DNA from: a virus | Length of the DNA: 64,000 nucleotides | Virus record (IMG/VR): IMGVR_UViG_3300048839_000196 | Location: 9,883-73,882 of that record | Reading direction: 5' to 3' (one strand) | Part shown: positions 1-11,100 of the stretch, one piece after another | Position numbering within the stretch: position 1 is the stretch's first letter | Layout of the letters: each line of letters starts with the position of its first letter | Notes under the pieces: generated by a model | Seen by the model: only the letters and a program-made list of their open reading frames with translations | Database searches by the model: none | Told to the model about the DNA's origin: nothing | Translations under genes and position numbers: made by a program

Positions 1-2
1 TA

Positions 3-1085
3 TATCCTTATCAGTATTTATCATCTCAGGGTTTCGGGAGCTATGCTCAAATTGCAGCAGGTCTAAATCAAGCAGCTATTGACTTTGCGCCAATGGTTCA
101 ACGCGGAGATTTTGTTATGATAAACCTAAGCCTCGGTGGGGCTGGCACAGATGCCGCTGTTGAAGCTGCGCTTAAGCGCTGTAAGGATGCAGGCATCTTA
201 ATCTTCGTCGCAGCTGGAAATACAGGGCAAGTAGGTGTTCAGTTCCCGGGCAAAAGTATTAGCGTGAAAGCTATTGCCGCGCTAGAGCAAACGGCTGATT
301 ATGTTCGACGGGCCGGGTACTCCACAATGGGCCCAGAGGTATGGATGAGCGCGCCCGGATCAAATGTCTGGTCAACCTATGTTCCGGGCAATACTTACGC
401 ATCGCTATCTGGCACAAGTATGGCTACTCCGACTATGACTGGACTTGCTGCTATCCTAGCCTCCACTAAAAATAAGTACAACCCAGATCAAGTAGTAGCG
501 GCTCTTGAGCGAATAGCTACTGATTTACCTCCTGTCGGCAGGGACCAAGAGACAGGCCACGGCATAACCTTCATCGACAAAATCCTATCACTTCCAGACG
601 ACCCGGGCAGCGCTCCTAAGCCTGATCCTAAGCCAGACCCACAACCAGAGCCAAAGCCTGAGCCTGTATATCCGAAGCAGACGAACTACATAGATATCGG
701 CGCCACTCTATCGGCGCGCTGGGCTAGCAACGGAAAGAACAACTGGCAGGACACGAAGTTCGAGATGGAGATTGAATACACGCACGGGAAAGAGATCAAT
801 TCCGCTATTGCAGAGATCTCAAAGGTAACGCAGGCGCACTTTACAAACAGAGGGTATTTGCTTCTTGGAGATGACGACCTAGAGGATGCGTTGAAATGGT
901 TCGCCTACTTCTACGAAATGATCCTGAAGATGGAGGGCCACGAAGTAAGAGTTGCGAAGATACATACAGCTAGTGCAGACAGGCTTGTAGTCACAAACCC
1001 TGTAAGATCAAAGATTTCCGTGAAGAGCGCAAGGCAAGCAAAGCCCGTGCGACTAGGAGTCACTTCATTTAATTTAATTCGATAA
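3..1085 (+). CDS. Subtilisin-like S8 serine protease with Pro-rich linker and C-terminal domain (5'-truncated by window edge)
   Basis: INLSLG, VAAGN (oxyanion Asn), SAPG and GTSMATP (catalytic Ser) motifs. The frame is open back to nt 3, so the true start lies upstream of the window. Confidence 0.9.
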   Translation, partial: YPYQYLSSQGFGSYAQIAAGLNQAAIDFAPMVQRGDFVMINLSLGGAGTDAAVEAALKRCKDAGILIFVAAGNTGQVGVQFPGKSISVKAIAALEQTADYVRRAGYSTMGPEVWMSAPGSNVWSTYVPGNTYASLSGTSMATPTMTGLAAILASTKNKYNPDQVVAALERIATDLPPVGRDQETGHGITFIDKILSLPDDPGSAPKPDPKPDPQPEPKPEPVYPKQTNYIDIGATLSARWASNGKNNWQDTKFEMEIEYTHGKEINSAIAEISKVTQAHFTNRGYLLLGDDDLEDALKWFAYFYEMILKMEGHEVRVAKIHTASADRLVVTNPVRSKISVKSARQAKPVRLGVTSFNLIR

Positions 1086-1095
1086 AACATTAATC

Positions 1096-1692
1096 ATGGC
1101 TAAAGAGAGAGAACCAAAATTGAAGCCGATTGGCGACATCAGTGCAACAATCATGCGGCTTTTCTTGAACTTCACTGGAGCACAGCTTGAGAAGAAGATC
1201 GGGAACGAAGACGTAAAGGACGGAGTCATGCTGGCATTCCCGCTAGCAAAGACTATCATCGAGGTGCTTAATGATGAAATCCCAGAGAACGACAAGCAGG
1301 TGCGCGAGGCACTGCTCGATCACATTAATGGCCCGGTAGCTGACTTCTTGGACCGTATTCTCGGGCAAAAGATCGAGCCGATCGAGAATGAAGACGTTGA
1401 GGCTCTGCTGGTATTTATTAAGGACAAGGCTATTAGCGCTCTGCGCCTGATCACGGATGATGACGCACAGAACAAGGCCCAGCTCGATCTGTTCTTTGAC
1501 GAACTCATGCGTGACCCACAGTTCCATGCACTGGTCATAGACCGCATCTTGATCCCGATTGCCGTAAAGGCTGGCGCCACTGAAGAGTGGGTGGAGTTCC
1601 TGCGTGAAGTCATACAGACGACGCTTGATGGCCTACTCAAGGTAAAGGCGGCTCAGCTTCGCGCTCAGCTTAAGCAAATTCAGGAGGCATGA
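1096..1692 (+). CDS. Hypothetical helical protein
   Basis: 198-aa ORF in the operon; its stop overlaps the next start (ATGA). Confidence 0.7.
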   Translation: MAKEREPKLKPIGDISATIMRLFLNFTGAQLEKKIGNEDVKDGVMLAFPLAKTIIEVLNDEIPENDKQVREALLDHINGPVADFLDRILGQKIEPIENEDVEALLVFIKDKAISALRLITDDDAQNKAQLDLFFDELMRDPQFHALVIDRILIPIAVKAGATEEWVEFLREVIQTTLDGLLKVKAAQLRAQLKQIQEA

Positions 1693-2090
1693 GAACACTG
1701 GCCATTATTGCAGTGCTCATGATACACGGACTGACGCTGAGCGCACAGACGCTTGACCCATTCTACCGGTATGCAATCAGTGATACTATCACTGACACGG
1801 AGTCCGACACCATTACACTACCGGCGCTTATGCTTTCGCCATGGTCTTATAACTGGACCATACAGACTACACAACTCTCTGGAACACAGAACGTTGCGTG
1901 TGTCTTACAGGAAAGCGCAAGTGCCACAGGGACAGACTGGATTCAGATTGACTCGAAGACTACGACTGGATCTACTGATTTGGATCGTATGGTTGGCGCC
2001 TTAATCTATGGCCAGCGACAAAGGGTCATACTCACTGGAACCGGCACACAGAGTACTCGATACACCATCTACTTTGTAGCGAAGAAATAA
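1689..2090 (+). CDS. Secreted small beta-sandwich protein, putative virion decoration; paralog of 54496..54954
   Basis: Signal peptide MRTLAIIAVLMIHGLTLSA|Q; SGT-x6-LQ-x-S...W-x2-I pattern; two D-T-I sequons. Confidence 0.6.
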   Translation: MRTLAIIAVLMIHGLTLSAQTLDPFYRYAISDTITDTESDTITLPALMLSPWSYNWTIQTTQLSGTQNVACVLQESASATGTDWIQIDSKTTTGSTDLDRMVGALIYGQRQRVILTGTGTQSTRYTIYFVAKK

Positions 2091-2112
2091 ACGCTCCTTA
2101 ACCGTTATAGCA

Positions 2113-2146
2113 AAAGCCCCGGTCGGTTTGTCCGATCCGGGGCTTT
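2113..2146. terminator. Bidirectional intrinsic terminator between convergent operons
   Basis: AAAGCCCCGG-TCGG...CCGA-T-CCGGGGCTTT hairpin with A and T tracts on either side. Confidence 0.8.
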
Positions 2147-2150
2147 GTAT

Positions 2151-5100
2151 TTAATCACCTTTCTCTGCTTCTCGCAACTTCTTACGGAACCCGTCGCGCC
2201 CTCCGGATGAAACGATCGCCATGATCTTCTGGCGGTACGTCTTGCCATCGGAAGCCTTTCGATCAAGCTGACCTGAGCGCTGCATTTCAAGGGCTACGTT
2301 TACCATTTGTGAGTTAATATCCTGCTCGCGCAGAAGTTTCTCCCTTCGGATAACCTTAGCTGCTCTTGTCAGGTACTCGATCTCTTGGTCAGTCCAAGTC
2401 GGAGGAACAAGCGGAGCCTTAGCGCCGACGTCTGTCATAGACATAAAGTTATACATATCCTGTCGCTCATTCTGACTCAGGTTGGGCTTGTATGCGATCA
2501 GGTTTATTCTGCCCTGATCCCACATCCACTCAGTAAAGGTCTTATCCTCTTTGTCTTTGTCGGCGGATTTATTGAAGTCATCCCATGACTTTCCCCATCC
2601 GTACGCAAACTTTAGCGGATATAGTGTCCTTGTGTACGACTCAATAATATGTTCCATGTGCGTAGGAGATATGCTCAGTCCGGTAGCTGCGTACAACGAC
2701 GGCGTCAGATCTTTGTAGAACTGAAGCGTACGCTTGTTTGCCTGTGCGTACATTCGTGTATCTTCTCGGCTAAAGAGAATCTGCCTGCCCATCCAGTCCC
2801 GGTTAACAATAACCTCGGCGAAAGGACGCATCAAGGTAGGCACTGCATTTGTGATCTCACCACTGACAAATCCGATCGGATCGAGCGAAGTGAAGAATGC
2901 GCTCTTCACATCACTGGTCACGCTAAGCAGCGAGCGCTTGCCTAGACTTGCATCTACTACTCCATCAGCCACCAGACCAACAACTCGAAGCGCTCCGTAC
3001 GGCCTCGGGATTAACACAGGATCATCCACGTCAAACGGGTTCGGAATAGCTAGGTAAAACTGTCGCATGAATGCAGAGTTCATATAGCGATCGAGCCCGT
3101 GTTGCATAGTGATCTCGCCCTTCTCTTTGGGCTCTTCGTCATCATCTCCAGTGGCATATAGTGCATGAAGCATAACCCTGAAGGCAGTAGATCCCATGCC
3201 GTACAAGGCAAGCATCCTCCGGCCAGCAGGATTGGATAGTTGCTTAACCAGCTTTCGCCCTGACTGAAGACCCGCGTTCAAGAAGAGGTACAAGCCGGAG
3301 ATAAACCTACCTGCACTACCCCTAAAGAACTGCCCTTTCTTCTCGAAGTTCAACGTGATGTTCTTGGCGATAGCTGCTGCGCGAATGGGATCTACGCCAA
3401 GATCACGCATAGATGCGTAGGCGGCAAGGCGGGACACGTTCTCGAACCTAGCTGACAGACCCATCATCATTTCGATCATCGCATTCTTTGAGGTAGCCAG
3501 ATCTCTTGGAAGCCCAGATGCGGCCACCCGCTCTGCGTCACGGATGCGCTCATTTACTTTACCGGCGATATCGGTGAAGATGCCTGAGCTATCAAAGTTC
3601 CAGCCCATTGACGCACCTATTTGTAGGTACTCTGCGTAGTACCTATCCATATCTGAATGCACGCGCTTGCTTGCTATGAACGGGGTGATCTGCTGAGCAG
3701 CAGCTTCTCGCCAGCGCTTTCTCCAAGCCTTCTTCAGCTTCGTGTTGTTGATCTGCAAGAGATCATTCTCTACGCGGATATTAATCGAGCTTTCTTGTAT
3801 GTCACGCAGGAAGTTATTTAGAATAAATGTTGGAGAAAGCGAAGTAATACCGATGCGCATGACTCCAAGTATAGCGGAGTACCACTTCATGAACGTACTC
3901 ATTTCTCCTTCCACGTCTGGCGAACGAAGCATCGCCAACATCTGATCGCCCGGGTTGGAGAAGTAGATGTACTTCACCTTACCGCCTTCGTAAAACGGCA
4001 CAGAGTTCTCAAGGATCTCTTTTGGTAGCAGGCTTTGCGCGCCAACTATGTTGCCATACTTATCCATCTTGGGTACGTTCCTAGCAGAGAATACCCGAAT
4101 GCGATCAGTTGCCCCGTGTTGACGTGCAAGCTCAGCGAACCTACGCAGTGCATCCTGCCGGTGCTTCTGCCGGGTGGCTGAGGCGAGTCTTGCGAACGCC
4201 AGCTCTAGTGGTCGCACTACATCCTCGGCCTGCATATTCAGCAACTTGTGCCTAGTCTTTTGATCATACGGCTTTGACAAGCCTTCAATGCCATTCAGGT
4301 TTACAATGCGCTCGCCATTTGTGATCCCAAGTTCGTGATTCACAGCATCCTCCGAGTACATCATTGGCACATAGTACTTCCACTGTATAGTGGATTCATC
4401 ACTGGTGCCCTTGACTAAGTGATCATAGCGCTTTTGATCTATGCGACCGGCGGCCATGAGTGCGTCAAGGTATGGCGTCAGCATCTTGTCGCGGAACTCC
4501 TCATAGAATTGCATATACTTATTGAGTTCCGGGTTCGTGGGTAGTGGCTGACCGGGTTGAATAACTGGGAATGATTGCCCAGATATCCTACTCAAGAACT
4601 CAGCCTGTCGGTCAAGTGCCTTTATGTACGCATCGTTCATTTCAGCTATACGCTGTTGAAGATCATTAAACTTGGCGATAAGCCTAGCTAGGTTTGGATC
4701 GACTGAAGCCTGCTGATTGGCCACCTGCCAGAACTGAGCAGTACCTATTCCGGTAGTTTGTAATGAACTTATACCTTGCTGTGCCGATGCCATTAAGCGC
4801 TCTATGTCTGAGAATATATCCTTCTGATATTTCTCAAGTAGATCTAGCTTCCTAAGCAACCTCTCTGGCAGGTGTAGCGCCAGAAGAAACTCATTGAATT
4901 TATTCACACCGCCAAGTTGCTTTGTGACGCGTCCAACGAATGACTTATCCTTGGATGACTTACTACCGTTGTCACCCCAGAACCAGAGCGTGTGCGCCTG
5001 AAGTTCGTAGATAGATGCAGAGCTGTAAAGCTGCATAGCATCGTATGCATTGAGCGTCCCGGGTAGAAGTACCCCGATCTGCTTTTCTATATCCCGCTGA

Positions 5101-8100
5101 AACTTTCTTAATGGCGCTAAGAAGTTTCCAAAGCGGAAGTCAAATGAGTAGGCGAAGTCTCGCTTGTTCTTGACTTGACTATCGCCAAGTAACTTGCCCA
5201 TGCGGCGCCAGAAGCGATTAGCTTCTTCCACTGCCCCGGCCATAGGCGACCCCGGTGCCCGGTAGCCTCGGCCAGAAACAACCTCGAATAATTCTTTGGC
5301 ATCGCTCTCAAACATTCCGAAGTTCCTCGCCGTATTGCGAACGATCTCTAGGTCAGGTATGCGGTCGTAGTTGTCATTAACGTATTTGCGAGCAGCTTTG
5401 TACTCCGGGTATGCGCGAAGAGCTGGGCTGGCTTTTTGCTGGCGGATATCTATACCACTATCGCCATCCTTTATCGCCATGGCCTGCAACTCAAATCCAA
5501 ATTCATTCTGTGCCAGCTCAAAGAAAGCATCATCCCTACTCTGTGCCGGGATCTCATTCCAGATGGCGTTAAAGATCGACTCGACGACTGGTGTCTTCTG
5601 CCCGGTGGCCTGAGCAATGATGGATGCCCGGCTAGACATAGGTGTGACCTTGTAGTCAACACCCGGCTTTGGAGTGTAGCCCGTGGCGACTTTGTGCAAC
5701 AGACTGTCTTTTGCTACACGACCAAGCCCGACCACGGCAGCAGGTATAGACCTACCTTTCGTGTCGATTTTTGGCGAAATTTTCGACACGTTATACCCTT
5801 GTGTAGATTCCGCGTACGCATCTAATGTCGAATTAATTTTTTCTACGCGATTCTCAGCGGCATTGTCGTAAAGAGAAAGGAGCTGTTTCGCCTCAGCGCT
5901 ATCCAAACCTCCGGGCGTGTTAGCAAGAAGAGATACTGCATCTTCAACTCGCACCATTTGCTGACCATCCACGGTCGAAACGAACACATCGTCTATGGCG
6001 CCAACCACTCCGAGTACATCGTACACCGGAACTGCATCTTTATCCAGCGATGCGACAAGCGCTCCGCGCATCACATCCTCCCGGCTCACCTTTCCATCTT
6101 TGACAGTAGAGATTCGCTCTGTAATCCGGGACACCATTTCATAAAGTGGCCGGGCATTGTCAGATAGGGCAGCCTCCACCTTGGCCACATTGCCAACACT
6201 CCCGCCTTTCTCAAAAGCGACGAACGTCTTTCCAACCCTCTCAAGCGAAGATAAATCGTCGGTCTGTACAGATGAAGGGTGCTTGTCAAACATCGCCTCA
6301 TAGCGCTGCTTTGACTCCTGATGGTATGTTTCAGCCCTCTTGTTTGACTTTGCGGTAAAGTCAGATAAGTCAAAGACCGGGGGTTCGGAGCGCAGCTTTT
6401 CGGTCGTGTCGATCTTTTTCTGCTGACGGATATCCACTCCTTCTCCAAAGGTCATATTCGATCCGTCAGCAAGTTTGATCTGATTAGCAAACTCGTCGAA
6501 CACATGGATATGCGCGGTCATATCCTGCATGTCCATACTTGGGAAACGTACACTAGCATTTATGATGATGCCATCGTGGCCTAAATTTCTGAAAGTCTGG
6601 GCGACAATTTGAGAAGAAACTAATCTACCTTCTTCGTCCTCCGCGTATGGCAAGTCTCTACGAATAGCTGCTTCAAGCGCGGCGGTAGATATACTATCTT
6701 CATATATCCGATCCTCAAGAATCTGATCTGCCGTGGTAGTTTCTCTAGGCGCCCACTCGTCAATCGCATCTTGCAGCGCTTGAACTACGGTTAGTTCTTC
6801 GCCGGAAAGATCGAGTGCCCTTTGACGAACATCGAACTCATAATCTTCTAGCGCCTCCTCCGGAGTGATGTCATTCTCGTCAGCCATCTCTTGAGCCGCG
6901 TCTTCCATATAGGCAGACACGTCCGGCATCATGTCGATGTATTGATCATCGGCGATGCGCACCGGATTATTCAGCTTGACAAAAAGATCGAGAACTTTGT
7001 CCTCTCCTCCGTTGTGACGATTGTACGAAATAGCAAGCGCTAAAGACTCAAGGTCATTGCGATCAAATGTTTCGAGCTGAGCGTCCGTCAGGTTGAACAT
7101 ATCAATCACCTCTTCTGGTGATAGCCCGTCCATATCAAAAGACTGCGACAGGTCATCCGCATCGCGCCTGATCTTATACTCAAGGTCTGGGCCGCCCGTG
7201 GTGTAGTTGGCCTGCGCGTCATACTGATCGGATGTGAAATAATTCACCTTTCCAAACTGGCCACCTATCTCACCTTTCTCATTCGCCTTATCAAAAGAGT
7301 AGAAGGAGTTTGTCGTTCCATGGAAGGCTTGGATAACTACCGGCTGCCCGGTCTGAATTTCTAGGACATCCTCGCCATCGACAATAGGTGCATCGCCCAC
7401 CCATTTTCTGAAGTTCTCCTGCCCTTCAGGGCCGAGCCATTCAAAGTCTTCGACGGATAGTTTTTGCTGGCGGATTTCTGGTTGCTGATTAACGGCGCTC
7501 TGGACTTCGCTCAAAAAAATAATTGACTCTGTAGCAATATCGTAAAACTCAGATATTGGCATGACTTTCCGCTCTACATCTGTCAACTTTCTTCTTTGCT
7601 GAGCAGCCCTAGATTCAACTTCGCCAGCGGTTGCACGGTAAGCTGCGAAAGAATCCAAAATGCCTTTTAGTGGCCCTGTCAATTTCGACTTCTCACCATC
7701 TAGCTTAGCTTGCTCTTCCCTTCCTTTTCGGTAGTAATCATCAGCCATGCCGCTATCCTCCCATCTCTTCCTGAAGCTAGCAAGCATATCAGGGATATAA
7801 CTATACTCAACAGTGATAGGAACGAACGTTTCTGAAAATATCCTATACTGCATTATAGTTATCTTTTTATTCGCTAAATCTGGGTCTTGATTCAGCTTGT
7901 CTTCAGCAGCCATGAGTTCTTTCTCGTACTTAATTGCATCAAAAAATGCTCTTAAGTACCTAGACTCTAGGCGCCCAACTCGTTCCAAGATACTTTGGTA
8001 GTAGTTTGAATTAGCGCCAGATTCGAAGCCCTCGATGTATTGTATCGCGTGCTGGACTTCATGCGTAAAAGTTGAGTTTAAGTCATCTATGGACTTGGCT

Positions 8101-11100
8101 AACTTTTCATCGGACATCAATTTATCCCAAGCCTCATCCTTATGTACGAGATAGTAATTCTTGGCCATCGACATCGCATATCCATACACATCTGGATTTA
8201 TGTTTATGGTGCCAAATCCAGTCCGGCTCGGAGGCTTTCTAAATGCCCCTCGCCATGAACTATCATCTTCTTCTTGGAAGGTAACTCGGAACCTATCCTC
8301 AATAACATTTTCAGAGCGCACGATTAATTCGTCATTGTATAGGCGCACTATCTCTGAATCCGTACCAAGCGCAGCTCTCAGTCCGATAGAATTACCTCTG
8401 TCTAATCCTCGCGCAATCCTCGGCAGCGATTCCTTGCTTATTAAATCTTGATATGGCACTTCATATCTCCACTTCCCATCAACTCCCTTCTCCCATCCAG
8501 TTTGATTCCATATAGCTCGTCTTGATTTCTCGTACTCATCGCCAGATTTTTCGGCCAACTTCTTGGCGAACTCCAAGTTCTCTAGTATATCCGCCCTTAA
8601 GTCGGCGCGTTCGCCAACTATTTGCTTATACACCTTAAGCTTATCTTCTTTAGCTGCGTCAATACCTTCTTTCTCGACAGCCCCTACATTGGCCTCCGTA
8701 CTTGCAAACACCCCTCTCCTACCTTCAGCCGCCCGCCCAAACATCTGCATGGCCTGCTGCACGGCTTGACGGTCACCATACTGAAGACCTTTCTGCATGG
8801 TATTGAAAAGTGCTACCGCATCTCCAGATGTGGTAAGCCGGATCACCAACTTATTCTCTCCAATGATTGCAGCGATAAAGTCATTGATCGCCTTCTCTAT
8901 ACGGCCAAGCGCGGTCTTATCTTTAACCTCGGCTAGTCCTTGAGAAACAACGGCGCCAAGTTCGGCAAGGTATTCTTCGCTCTGTACGTCTTGTCGATCC
9001 TTGTATTGAGCAACAAAGAGATCTAGGTATTCGCCAACAGTTATCGTCCTGCCGTCCTTGAGTTTCACTGGCGTGCGCTGATTGACGTGCGGCTTTATCT
9101 TCTGCACAAGCGCATCTACCTCTTCTGGGCGCTGCGTGGCTGCGTGTTCTATGATAACGTGGAAGCCTTCATGTAATGCAGAGTCAGATGTTGCAGCGCC
9201 CCTATTTAGCATGATGATCTTCGACTTCCCTTTGCCGCCACTAGCGTACACAGCCCGGCTTCCGAGTACATTATCGGCACCCTCTTTGCCAAGCGTCTGC
9301 TCCAGCTTCGGCCTTGAAGACTCATCTACCACGAGCACCGGCACGCCAAGTCCTTTAAGCGCATCGGCTACGCGGTATGCAGACGAAAGAACCGGGTCAT
9401 TGTTTAGCTCGCCCATGTCCATGGCCTGCACATTCTGTACGGTGCGCCCATCAGTAAGTCCGAAGTCGCCCTTGTCTTTGGCCTGCATCCGGCCTATGAG
9501 GTCCGTCTCTGCGTCGCGGCGCTCCTGCTCAAGCCTAGCCCTTGTTTCTGGCGTGATACCCTGATCAGCCAATACCTCATCCAAGTACTCCACCCGCATC
9601 ACGCTCTCGCGTATGTCGTTAGCTGCTGCTTTCTCTTCTGTTAGGAATGCGACAACCTCCTCGCCACGGGTCACAGCTTGACGGTATTCAGGGCTTTCTT
9701 GTCCGAATTGCGCCTCTACTTTATCAAGGTGTGCATCGTATGCAACCTTCACCCCTTCGGCGTCGTCTGTTTCAGACACCGGGATCTGGGTTGCAATCAT
9801 CTTCGCTTCGTCGGAGTACTGCCTGCCGGTAGGCTGAGCTACCTCCTGCTGCTCTTGAATAGCATCGGCCTGCGCGTTCCTTCCTTGAGTAATACGACCG
9901 GCCTCTTCGCGCATGATATCTGCCCTAGCTTGATAGTCCTCTTGAGTTGGCGTAGTTCCTGCCATCATCTGGTCTGCGGCAGCACGACCTACTACCGGAG
10001 CTGCACCAATCGCTGCGCCAGTTGAAGTGACACCTCCACCGGCTATACCGCCAATGACCGCTGCATCGAGCACGCCTTCGAATATATTCCTGCCTTTGTC
10101 TATCGTAGCCTTGTCCACAATATTCTCCGCCAACTGAGCAAGCGCTTCACTGCCAGCTTCTTCAAGCGTGTTCCCTGCAATTCTGCCTAGCGTGTTTACA
10201 ATGGCAGCCTTTACACCTTTGACGGCGAAATCCCTGCCGTAGCGGGTGGCCATCTTCAGCGCCTCCTTGCCAATCTTACCACTCACTGCTTCCGTTATCC
10301 CCTCGAATGCTCCAGTGAGCACAGAGTTCAAGGCTTCCTTCGCTCCAATGTCATACCCTTCTTCGACGAGCTGTTCGTACTTCCCCTTACCGGCAGACAG
10401 ACCAACAGCAGTTGTCCCAACCCCGGGCACCATGGCCATCATCATATATGGCATAGATCCGATGGCTTCGATACTTGCCTTCCTGAATCCCTCGCTGATC
10501 CTACCTTGAGAAACTAGACTAGTGAATGTTTCATCTGCGTTCTCTAGCTTCGCACGAACTACTTTCGTGTTTGCGCGCTGACGATCCGCCCACTTATCAA
10601 GACCTCCAAATTCATCAGAGATGTATTCTGCTGCTTTGAGCATAGCGGGGCCGGGTGTCCAGTCCAACCCTCGCTCAACATTCCTTCTAATTGTTTCTTT
10701 TTTCTCGTCATGTTGCGCTTGAGTTATCTCCCCGCGCTTCAACCTCCTGTCTTCTTTCATCATCGCCACATCCGTCATTAAGGCGTAGTACACATCACGG
10801 ATGTATTCTGGCGCTTCAAGTGCATTAGCTACTGCTTCTTTCCCAACAGCTCCAATCATTGCTGAGCCTTGCTCTAGCACAGACTTTTCACTCAGCGGCC
10901 TAGCTCTTTCCTCCGCTTTCATTTTTTCCACAACGGGCGACGACTCCTCTACCCGGACGCCCGGATATGGAGACACCTGTCTGCGTGCGTTACGCGCCTG
11001 CCTTACCTCTTCGATTGCCTGATCGGCGCCTTTTATACCGAACTCAGAGAGCGTGGGGTTGCTCTTGACGCCTGCTGACGGGGTGGAGGGTGTGCCCGGT

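Noticed and set aside
610-680. Short tandem repeats (cctaagcctgat...)
   Set aside because: They encode the PKPDPKPDPQPEPKPEP linker of the protease and are not a DNA-level array.
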